A stretch of 57,307 nt of DNA from Halocafeteria seosinensis (Eukaryota), in assembly GCA_001687465.1 (NCBI GenBank), contig LVLI01000150.1, forward strand, positions 62,001 through 119,307, written 5' to 3'. Both the position numbers and the translations under genes were made by a program. The notes beneath the pieces are model-generated. The model searched no databases. It worked only from the letters and a program-made list of their open reading frames with translations, and was not told the origin of the DNA. Below are positions 11,139 to 21,946 of this stretch, one piece after another (the first letter of the stretch is position 1; each line of letters starts with the position of its first letter).

Positions 11139-14100
11139 ATGGCTTCGTCTTCCTCTGTTCCCAAGCCTTTGGGTACTAAGGCCTCCTCGTTTGCTGGCCA
11201 GAGAGTGATAAAGTCTATAGGGTCCACCTACTACACACTCCCAGCCGAGAACGGGCCTGTCTATGTGGAGGAATTCGAGCAACTGCTAGGCTCTAAAGCT
11301 TCGTTGGCATCCGGCGAGAATGGTAGCGAACCACCGAAACCCGCAAGAAGTGTCTCGTTTGGTTCCGGTCATGATCCTGTGGCTCAATCGCGCCGACGGT
11401 CATCGTCAGCCATGCTATCAGAGGAAGATGAAAACCTGTTGGCGGCTGTTTTCCGAGAACGAGCCAGTATGTCACCTTCGGAAGCAACACATGCGTAAGT
11501 TTATGTGTATATTCTATCGTGTTCTCCCGTTCTAGCCTCAAACGCTTTGATGTGAGCAGATGGAGACTCTTAACCCAGCCGGCTGTGGCAACGTACTTCA
11601 TGAACTGTGCAATGGAGGAGTTATGTAACTCTCACATACGGAAGACCTATCAGCATCGCAACATTAGCAATCTACCGGTAATTAATGCGAAAAGTATTCT
11701 AAACACAATTTGGTGGTGTTGTTTAAACCGCAGATTCAACATTACGCCGCGATTTGTCCAAGCAGTGACCGACTGGGCTACTGTGTCTTCCAATCCTGCG
11801 TCTGACATCGGTCTGGCTGATGAGTCGTACTTATGCGCATTTCTGTACAGAACTGCCTGTGTACGACCGCATGAGATATCCGACATGCGAGACAGGATGG
11901 ATACTGTAAGCAATGACATCATGGACACTGCGCTGAATCACTTTCTCCTAACGGATAACTCTAACCAGCTAGTGCTTCAAGCTCCCCTGGATTCTCTGAA
12001 CGTGGATCCCACGATCCATCACACTGCTGATCCGAAGGGTATTTCACCTAAAAACAGAAGGATGAGCGGCAGTAAGTCTCTCGGTGATACGACCGTGGGG
12101 GCAAGCTTTCAGGCGACCGTTTTTGTGGAGGGATTCTCTCCTGAAGTTTGGATATGTTTCCTTCGCCGCGTCAACAAAGACAATGTGCAATTGCGTTGTT
12201 TAGACAACTTGCGGAGTCTGTTGGTCCGAGTACCTTTTTTTTTGGAGAGGCATGTGCACTTAGGACACTCTGTTAGCCGCTATGGTCTTTTTGCCATTGG
12301 CGATATTCTTTCAGCTCTTGAATGTCCCTATCCGCATAAGCTCCTCTCGTGCTTACCTGCTGTTCATGAGATCGTTTATTCTTGTGATTCCTCGGCGATA
12401 AGAGAACGTGCGATCACAGCGTCCATTTCACTTAGCGTTGAGGCTAGCTGTCCAGGGTTCAATGCTGCTTTCCGTTGGATTTGTGAGCACCCAGCGTTTT
12501 GGTCTCCGGATCTAGTGTCACTCGCCGGTACATTTGTCCACACATCCTATAATGGAGAGTATGCTGAACGTCTTTGCCGACGGTTAAATGAACTTTGCTT
12601 GAATCATAATCCTGTAGAGTCTCAGCGACGCATCGAGACCGAACGAGAAGTATTGTTTCTGCATTGTAAGAATGATCAAGCTGTGTCCACCCGACGGCGC
12701 ATGTGGAATGCTGACGATTGTAAGCTGGATACATTCGCCAAGCAGTGGTTTAACATTTGTGTACGGTTAATTTCTTCCCCGTTGAAGCTCTACCTTGGGA
12801 AGTCACGCAGCACAATAGCCGCTAAGCTTGATGCTGTGAAGGGTTCCGCTGAAGCAAGCTTGTCAAAGTTAGGGGAGTATCTTGACATGCAATTCCATCG
12901 GCACAACTTTTCAGCCCTGGATGCGTTTTCATTCATAACATACCGGTGGGTACACTTTGCAGTGGCAATCCTGTGTAGCCATCCGTTGGTGAAGAGTATA
13001 AGTGGATATACGCAAGGCTCCTTACACGAAGTTCTACCGACGTATATTACAGATCCGCTCATAGCCTCAGCCCTCCCCCAGCTTGGGGCGACAATGTTTG
13101 ATCCTAACGCGGAAAACGAAAAGATCGAAAAGGATGAACGCCTTGACCTCTCGGAGGAATTCATACTGCATTGTAGAAAAAAGCGCCAGGAGCTTGCTCA
13201 AATGCTGTTCGAAGAGATAGAAGTCGCCTGCAATAGCCAATGGACGGGCTCCAGTGACTGCAGTGACGGTTCTGGAATGCTAAATATTCCTATTCCCTTT
13301 CGTTTTGCTGGATGTCATTTGCAACCATTTGTGGAAGCACCTTCGCTCGATCAAATTCGAAGCAGTCGGCTTGCCGCGGACGACACACATGAAGTAAATC
13401 AACATTGTTGCCGTCTTCCCTTGGATGTGTCAATGAGCAGTTCCTTTACTTCCCATCGACCCCTCAATGTTCCGCTTGTTTCGCTCTACCGAGGTCGTCT
13501 GGACGTCGAGTGGCCCTTAAGCCCCTTCACGGACAGGTCATCCTTTCATCCGGGCCTATTTGTTAATGAACTTATTCGCACAGGCAATGATCTTCTAAAC
13601 CTTGTTGAAGAAGATGACTTGGCGAGCCTAAAGATAATGCTGTTTGGGGATGACAGTTGCAAGGCTGAAGCCATCTGCTCTCTGCTGAACGCGTGTTTCC
13701 GTTATCCCCAAACCTTTTCTCGAATCTCCATCCGTCTTTACTCCATCCCCAGCCCCGAACCTGCAAAACGTTCCGCCCTGGATGAGTATTTAGCGTGGAA
13801 TGACCCAGTATATCGGCGCCAGGTGTTCGGTGCGTTTCGAGATGTAGGAAGTGTGTTGCCCACGGTGGACCCTGCATTAGGCTCTGCTTCCGCGCATCCC
13901 CAAAATTTAAATAATGTGGGTGAGTGCAATGAAAATCCTAATGTTGCGGAAGCTCATGGAGTGGAGCACTATATACGATCGGGAAATTCCATCATCCCGC
14001 TGGCTGTGTGGCAGGTGGAGCTTTGGTACGAATTGGACGAAGCGCCCGTTTTCAATAGTCGCTCCGAAAGGGTCAACTCTCTACGAGCATCAACGGATGG

Positions 14101-15007
14101 GGGCCCAGAGTCTCCCGCCCGCCATCCAGACCTAGTAGTCCCTATGACGATTTCCGTTGAACTCGGTTTAAATTGTAACATTGAACTGGTTAAACAAGAA
14201 GACGGAGCCATGCCCAGTTTGACAGAGGTTATCACGTCGAAATCGTTCCGCACCGATGGAGGTTTGGGAACTCCTCGTGTTACCCTCGAGTTTGTGTCCT
14301 GTAACCCGTACGGCGTATCGTCACCTCGGCGCTCCTATTTTGTGGGCCAGTCGAAATTCACCCAGATCAAACTGGTCAACGTACCTAGCGTAGAAGATAT
14401 GAATGCCAAGGGGATCCGCAAGCTTTCTGAAGGGATTCCTGGTCAATCTGAACGCTCCTCTCGCTCGATTAACTGTATTGCGGAGGATGAATCGCGCGGC
14501 GCCGTGAAGGAGAAATGGTCTTGGCCTGCTGATGAACATACCGAGCCCTCGCAATTTAGCTTGGACTTGCGTACGTTACCAGTAGATAACTTTACGGAAG
14601 TAAGTTGGCTTTGTGTGACTCAAATCCGCCTGTATAGCGAAATCATGAGTAGTATTTGATTGTCCAGCAATCGTTCAATGGGAAGGATGACCCTCAAGAC
14701 ACAATCGAGGACATCACAGACTTTATCCGGGATAATGCGAGTTATGAAAAGATATGCATGTTAGACATTAATCGCGACAATAATGACAGCTCTGCTAGCG
14801 TCTTCCCGCTTAGCATTATAATCGATGGAAAGGTTTTCAAGGGCCCGTTTTCCCGGATCAGGTAAGTTGAGATATGGTAAAAATAAATAAGAGATGCCCC
14901 GGAAAAGCCTCGGATGCTTTACTGGATGCAGGGTGTCGCCTTTTCGGATGTTCCGAGGAAACAACAAGAATGGGCTTCTTACACTACCCATTCATCACTA
15001 CGCGTAG
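11139..15007 (+). CDS. Large protein whose C-terminal half resembles PI3K class IB adaptors p101/p84 (PIK3R5/6-like); introns ~11495-11559, 14600-14667, 14862-14931
   Basis: Long open exon (1046-aa ORF) plus spliced ends. Motifs IMLFGDD, RLYSIP, YLAWNDPVYRRQV, VEHYIRSG..IIPLAVWQVEL, ISVELG and terminal IRVSPF..LPI recall p101/p84. The gene is well supported; the family assignment is tentative. Confidence 0.7.
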
Positions 15008-15070
15008 GGAGTGGTAAGTAAACCATACTCCTTCGAAGCACCGGCGCACCAGTACCCTGTAGAACAGAAT

Positions 15071-15628
15071 TTAGCGAGAAAAGTATACCTTTTTTTGAAG
15101 ATGTAATATACTCTTACCTTGGTCATTCTGCCAAATCTTCCATCCTAGCTCTTCGACTTTAGGTTTCCAATAGCGGACACGCGCGTTGATAAACCAGTTG
15201 GTGATTTGGTCTTCCCGAACCCCGGTTTCTGCCGCTAATTCCTTCTTTTCCGTGTCTGTAGGGTACGGGTACTTTAACTTGCTCTCTAAGAATTGTTTTA
15301 GTCGAACCCTCGCAGGCTTCGGAAGATTCTCCCTCTTCTTGGGCTGAGTAACTGGTAAATTGTCCGATCGCGTAGTCGAGGACAACGACTGCAGGTGCTT
15401 TTGTAACGTTGCTAGCGACTGTTTGATGGTTTCTGATTCCTTCGATAAAATTTTGATTTCGTTGCTATCGGAAAGTTGACGCAGGTGCTGAGTCATGTCA
15501 TGGACACTCTTCACACACTCTTCTATTTTGAGGAGACAGCTTTGGTCTTTAGTGGACAGAGGTTTTTTATGGATTTCATCGCACAGGGTTCTCAGTTCAC
15601 TATACCAAGATGATTTAAAGTCACCCAT
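15071..15628 (-). CDS. TALE-class homeodomain protein, BELL-like helix 3
   Basis: YPYPTDTEKKELAAETG..QITNWFINARVRYWKP; first ATG at 15628, but the frame is open to 15787, so the 5' end is uncertain. Confidence 0.88.
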   Translation of the reverse strand: MGDFKSSWYSELRTLCDEIHKKPLSTKDQSCLLKIEECVKSVHDMTQHLRQLSDSNEIKILSKESETIKQSLATLQKHLQSLSSTTRSDNLPVTQPKKRENLPKPARVRLKQFLESKLKYPYPTDTEKKELAAETGVREDQITNWFINARVRYWKPKVEELGWKIWQNDQGKSILHLQKKVYFSR

Positions 15629-15984
15629 GATATGCTCTTCCAACACGTTACTTATCTTGGAATTTACTGTCTTTTTACTTGACAAGTTCACTAGTGTTCT
15701 GGGGTGTGCTCTCCGTGACAATGTTTGGAGTTTGAGTGACGCAATGACGCCCCGTTCAGCGTTGACAACTGCCGGTTGAAGATTCAATATACACTCGTGT
15801 CAATCAATACGTCTTCGACAGTTTAGTTACACTAAAAAGATAGGAATGATCTTATGACCTTTGCTCTGATTGCGATGTTCTTCTGCCCCCTTTCGAAACC
15901 CTAAAGTTTCCTTGAAACAAGTTACTAATTTGAGTTGAGAATCGTGTGAGAGAACAAACAACTACCAAGTGGCTCCAACATAGT

Positions 15985-16453
15985 ATGGAGGAGCAAAGTG
16001 AAGCCCTAACAAGTTATTTTGTAATGAAAAATGTGTTGCTGCAACAGCTAAAGGAGCTTGATGCCTTACAGCAATATCTTCCCAATCGACTTCAGCAGGC
16101 AGGCAGGAATCGTCCAACCGGGGATCCAGACATTGTTGCACTAACTAAGGAGAATGCCGGTGAGCTCTCATATGAGAGTACAAAAGTGTTGATGACGTGG
16201 TTTATGGAGCATATACATAGTCCTTATCCCACGGTAGAAGAAAAAGAAGAACTTGCACGACAAACAGGTAAGGCATCCAGAAGTGTGATGAGCAATGTTT
16301 ACAAATGTACATCCAAGTTCTATCGCAGAGCTTTCAAGGTTGCAAGTTCGAAACTGGTTCACTAATATGCGGAAACGCCATTGGACTCCTGTTGTTAAGA
16401 AGGGTCGAGAGCCTCGTTCCGAATTCGAGGTACGTAAAAAACTAGCTATATGA
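15985..16453 (+). CDS. TALE-class homeodomain protein, KNOX-like helix 3; intron ~16268-16328
   Basis: LMTWFMEHIHSPYPTVEEKEELARQT|ELSRLQVRNWFTNMRKRHWTP after splicing; the 3' end could extend via a GTACGT donor at ~16429. Confidence 0.88.
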
Positions 16454-16542
16454 AGACAAGATATTTTAAAACATACGCGCTTTATTATCAATATTCGGAT
16501 AAAAGCAGCAAGTCATCTACGACGAGAACATCGCAAACGGAA

Positions 16543-18828
16543 CTACTCGGGACAATGTGGTTGCTGAACAAGAGTATGAATTTTAGCCACAATGTCATCA
16601 TCTTCAAACTCACCTGGGAATACTACCATCTGTTGGGCACTAGTGTTGTTGAAGGCTCTTGCAAGAATCTTTGAGGTGTAAGCACCGCGTGACAACTTGT
16701 CGTACAAGCGAGAATTAACGAACATCTTGGTCAATCCTAAGGAAACCCAGTGAGCCAGTGTAGAGGAGCACTGCTCACTCAAGAATTGTGAAAGATTGTC
16801 ACCAATGTTGCGGTCCGACACTACCTCAGCATTCTGAGAAGACGTTGCAGAGATAGTGAAGGAAAATGATCCAAACCATGGTCCAGTGGTGAGATATGCG
16901 ACCACATGTAATTTCTTGAACCAAGCTTCAATACTTTGAATGGATACCTCATGGACTGACTCCAAGGCAATGCATTCAAACTCAACTAATGCGTCCCTTG
17001 GAAGCTTCTCCACACCAACCACTTGAGAGGTCAACGGAAATACTGGGTGCGTTGCCTCGTCAACATCTGAAAGGAACTTGCGTCCCCTCTCTGATACGGG
17101 CAAACAATCGCCGACCATTTCGCTAATCGATTTGACACTGCTATCTCTCAGTCGCCTAACTCTACTTTGCGATATGTAGACCAAGCATTGTATGCTCTTC
17201 GAAACCTTGCTGTTCCTTACGTATAAAATCCTCTTTAAGTTTCTCCAGGCTTGTTCTATTTCCTCTCTCACACTACCGCAAGCCAAGACCATGCTGTCTG
17301 GAATCAAGCCTATTGTACCAGCGACCATCAAGACATCATACATACTGTTGACTTGTGCATATGGTCCAATGCTAACAGGGGCCCAAGAAGAAATGCTCTT
17401 AACATGAAGCACTTTTCGTTCACTATGAAATGCACACATGATATCCGCCGAAACATGGCGCATGATACCCAAAGGTTGGGAGACTTCGATACATGCTCGA
17501 CTTGGAGGCTGATAGGAAGGGAATTCTCGAACATACACCCCGTTCACGGCACCAAAGTAGTCCATCGAACCCAAATATAGATTAACGAAGCAAACATTCT
17601 CAAGAGTCATCCCCTCAGCAAGCAAATGCTGCCGGATCTGGGAGACTACTTCTTTCATTTCGTCGGCAGGACCTTCCGCGTCGGTAGATCCGTAAAACGG
17701 GCCAAGTCGGACAAACTGATATCTTGAGGAAGACAGCGGATTTCTCTCCGTTTCTTGCGGTGTTACCAACGAGTAGCAAGAGGAGTCATGCTCCGTCATG
17801 CTACTGGGCGGGGGATTAGAAGAGTCACTTTGCCGACGCGGACAAACTTGGGATAAAAGTGCACGATAAGGTTCCAATTCCTCTTCAGTTTTATCTTGCA
17901 ACTTGAACTGCTTGATGCGGAGGTGAGCAACAGGTGCAAACGGATCCATGTTATTCTGTTGTTCAATGGATTGCTCTTCACTGTATCAAAAGTAGGAGCC
18001 ATACCGTAAAGATCATTTTATTTCAAAGCCCATTGGTTTTGTGTTAGTACTTACATAACTATTTTTTTCTTAAAAATTGGTGCATCAAGTGTGAGAGTTT
18101 CATATTCCCCGCCTTCTCCACAAACGTTCAGTTCGAATCGATCGTGCTGCGTCAATTACAGCACGACTACCTGAATCTTCAAAGTAGCATCTCACCCAGA
18201 TGAGTCCACATACCAGCTCCAAAAATTGCGATTGTAGTTCTCCCAAGGTTTTCCCCAGAAATGATACTTTTAGACCCATACTGGCCACCTTCACGAGAAT
18301 GGACTGCATTCCATCTTGCACCATGTCGTTGAGAAGGCTCTGTTGTTCCCGTTGCCAAAGGAAAGCAAGCGAAATGAGGCCTAACCTTTCGCATACGTTT
18401 TCCACTCGGCAGCGCTGATAGTTACTGAGAATGGCTCCACATGACACTGCACTGACTTCCGGATAGGCACGGAGCACATCCCGGAGCAGCCAATAGAGAT
18501 CCTCCACCTCATCGCGTTGCGTCGTTTCATCCGGTGGTTCCTCTTGCGGTACTCGATCGTGCATATACTCTACCGAGGTTTTGATAGCTTCTCCTCGTGT
18601 CCTACGTCTAACAAGGGGCAGTCCTAAACACTCGGCGATGGCTGGAACCAGCCCAGCTCCCACAGTCTGGAAGCACTGACTGTCTAGTTCCTCCTGGTTA
18701 TCGTCCGAAGGGTACGGTTCCAAGTTGGCAAGTGCTACGATTTCATGTCCTCGACGTGCACATTCGACTAGATTATAGCAACTGTCTTTCCCACCACTGA
18801 GTAGTCCCACCACTTTGTACGAAGCCAT
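16543..18828 (-). CDS. DPH6: Diphthine-ammonia ligase with C-terminal RidA/YjgF domains; introns near 18150-18213 and 17965-18055
   Basis: [10 protein letters not shown]-loop, [34 protein letters not shown], then PPSRAC, SWAP..IGPYAQ and LPRDALVE. Confidence 0.93.
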
Positions 18829-18908
18829 GATATGCAGCTCGGTCGACCGATTGTATTGTTACTATACCATGATAATGGAGACCAAACAAAACCACATCAG
18901 ACGAAAGC

Positions 18909-19784
18909 ATGTTTCCTGCGGTTCGACGTACGATAACGAGAAGATCAACAAACCATGATAGTATTTATGGGTGGTGGTATTCACCCTACGACCTCCTACA
19001 GAGCCCCTTCGGTCACGGTGGCTTCAGCTACGCCAGTACCACAGGGGTATCTGCTAAGGCCGTCCATAAAAAGCTGTATGGACAAAAACACCGGACGACA
19101 TTGTCGAAAACTAAGCAAACTCAAAAGCAGCCAATAGCGAAGAAGCCAGCCTCGATGGCGTCTTCTGTCAAAAGGAAGTCATCCTCCAAGAGCTCAGGTA
19201 GCACTATGACGACTACACAGAAAGGAGATATTCTAGAGCAGCGCGTTCTTAGGATACTCAAAAACGAAGGAAGGTCGAATATTAAGAATAAACTCTTCCT
19301 CAAAGATGCTAATGGGAATCGATCTGAAATTGACCTTTGTTACGGGAGACTGTTCAAAACATACGTCGAATGCAAAAACTATTCGGGAAGACCTGTGCCA
19401 CTTCACGACGTTGCCAAGTTCAAAGAAGTATTACAGTTGAATAATATTCCCCTTTCTCGGGGTATATTTGTGACCACTTCGACGTATTCCCCGCGGGCGA
19501 CAACTGTTGGCGTAAAGACCGTCGACGGAAAACAGCTCAAAGAGTGGGAAACCATCTCTCGCAGAAGAGCTAGACAGAGAGCGATTCGATACGCAGTATG
19601 TACCATCGCCGCTATTGCGACATTTTCTATACATCAGGCTCCTTTCCTGATTGAAGTATTCGCTCTCGAGAAGACGACAATTGGCTCTTACTGGCTGACG
19701 CTGCATGAGAGCTGTTTACAGTATTGGGAAACGCTCAAGAACCAACTCCCACACATTAAAACGCCTAAACGGACGGATAAATGA
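18909..19784 (+). CDS. Mrr-like (type IV restriction endonuclease fold) PD-(D/E)xK nuclease-domain protein with a C-terminal hydrophobic segment; intronless
   Basis: KGDILEQRV..., SEIDL, YVECKNY, DVAKF, GIFVTTSTYSPRA, VDGKQL; Arg/Ser/Thr-rich N-terminus; hydrophobic YAVCTIAAIATFSI. Confidence 0.82.
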   Translation: MFPAVRRTITRRSTNHDSIYGWWYSPYDLLQSPFGHGGFSYASTTGVSAKAVHKKLYGQKHRTTLSKTKQTQKQPIAKKPASMASSVKRKSSSKSSGSTMTTTQKGDILEQRVLRILKNEGRSNIKNKLFLKDANGNRSEIDLCYGRLFKTYVECKNYSGRPVPLHDVAKFKEVLQLNNIPLSRGIFVTTSTYSPRATTVGVKTVDGKQLKEWETISRRRARQRAIRYAVCTIAAIATFSIHQAPFLIEVFALEKTTIGSYWLTLHESCLQYWETLKNQLPHIKTPKRTDK

Positions 19785-19788
19785 AGTG

Positions 19789-21433
19789 CTATAGGCCGTC
19801 TGGGATGCCTTGTAAAAACAGCGTTGCACCAGCGGCTTTGCACGATTTGAGAATGCGGCACTTGTGAGGGACTTCTGTTGGAACAAGACGGTCGATATGA
19901 TGTCCAATGCCTAAGTTTCCATGCTCATTCCAGCCCCATGCTAGAAGACGGTTCATTGACGTCACTGCATATGCATTGCCTTGGAACCACAATGATCTGA
20001 GGTGGTGTTACACATGAACGAGCAAAGATGGCTCACCTATGATGCAGTGTTCTGAACCGCTTGACAATTTTGTAATATGCTCAGAATCTTTGAGCTCTAT
20101 CTCTATATCTACAGGATGCTTAGCTTCTCCTTTAAAGCCTGTAAGGTGGTAGACAGCCCATGAGAGTCAAGGAAACGATAAAGGCACTCCACCAGTGGAA
20201 ACTAACCCAGTTGGCCATGAAAAGATTTTCCCCATCCAAGAAGGGATCCTTCGGTCAAAACTATAGCATGATGCCATCCGGTCGCTAGCTGTGATACATT
20301 CTTCAGCTTTGAGTCATCGTCGAGAAGGACGGATGCCGGTAGTGCGAAGCGTGCGGTATCAGTGTGCCCGAGCTGGCCGCCGTTATTCTTCCCCCATGTG
20401 ATGACTTCTCCGTTTGAAGTGAGACAAAGCGAGTGATGCCATCCACATAGAACAGTTTGGATCTTATACGGTGGGTCCACTAGTCCACCCAACTCCACTT
20501 TCAATGGCGTAGTGCATCTCTGGGATCACGGTTGTTTCTTCGAAATACTAAGCTTAATATTCCCAAGTATGAGTTCATCAGACTTACTGTTTGATTTCCT
20601 TCTATTTTTTGACCAAGTTGAAGAAATCTGTTATTTCCACAAGCGAAGATCTCCTCGTTATTGACGAGGAACAATGAGTGGCTAAACCCGCCACAGAAAT
20701 CGGTCACTTTGTGGTCGTTACCAATAGGTAGTTCAACCTCTGTCGGAGTGGGTACGACTCTTTCAGAGAATCCGATTCCTAGCTGTCCATGTTTGTTGGA
20801 TCCCCAACCGAAGAGTTTTCCCTCTGCAGTTCTTGCGAAACTGTGCTCCCAACCGCAGCTTATGGAGGTGACCTGTGATTCCGTACAGCATGTCGGTGCA
20901 GAGAGGTCAAGCGTGTAGATCTGTAATAGTGTAGCAAACCTTTTCCGGGAAAGGTATCCTTTTGGGAATTGGAATATATTCTTCTCCCTCCGTTGCATTT
21001 TCGTTGTCTAGTAGTTGTTGCTCCGTGTTCTGTCCACATCCCCACAGTTCATGGTCATGGACGACAACTGGGGAAAACGAGGGTACACTGCGGCTCTCCG
21101 GAAAGAGGAAGGCAGCATGGGTTCAACTTACAAAGTGTATGCACCCCACTTGTGGCTAAAGCATCAGCGTGCCGAACCTGCATGAGGGTACTCGTTGTAA
21201 CCCAAATCTACACTTCCAGCTACTAGACTTTCACCGTACCGGTTCCAAGAGTTGTTGGAATTCTGCGTAATCCTCAAAGTCCCCTACACCAAGACAACCA
21301 GTTCCACCTGTGTAACCAAAAGTGTATGTGATGCTTATATCCCATCTTGTTGGTGGCAGACAGGTATCCACTTACCTGAACCCACTGAATACCAGGAGCT
21401 GCTGGTACCTGAGACTGCGGCTTCCGATGACAT
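19789..21433 (-). CDS. RCC1-repeat beta-propeller protein, possibly SERGEF/ATS1-like; multi-exon
   Basis: Repeated CGWEHS, WGSNKHGQLG, CGWHHS, WGKNNGGQLG, WGWNEHGNLG; 5' exons reconstructed from ATG 21433 via GT-AG introns. Confidence 0.85.
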
Positions 21434-21946
21434 ATATGACTTATCTCGGGTAGTCTACGCATCTAGTATAAGTGATTATTGATTTGAAATACCAAAATTA
21501 AGGTCGACAATACATATGAGCTGTAAAGTAGCCTGTAATACACAGTACCCAGTGTACGTTCACAGAAACTTCAACTTCCATGCTCGCGTAAACGCTGTGT
21601 ACACTGTGTGTGCGAATGACGACATCTATCCTGCATTGTTTCCGTAAGTGTGTAGCCACTGCAGCTAGTGGCTGGATATTTGATGCCCACAGGTCCCGTC
21701 GGAAACACTGTCGTTGTGACTCGCTACTGTGGAGCGAAACTATGAGGTTTCAACATACCTATAGATTGCAACACAGGAAAATAGGTGAGCATCTTAGCGC
21801 CACGAATTGGAGTGCGATCCTTATCACGACATGGTAATAATAGGTGGTAAGGGAGCTCCAATTCAGGAGCTTACGGGTAATGCCAGAGTCATTCCCTCAC
21901 AACAAATCGAGCATCATCACCGGGATATGCAGGAGCTTTGTCAGAT

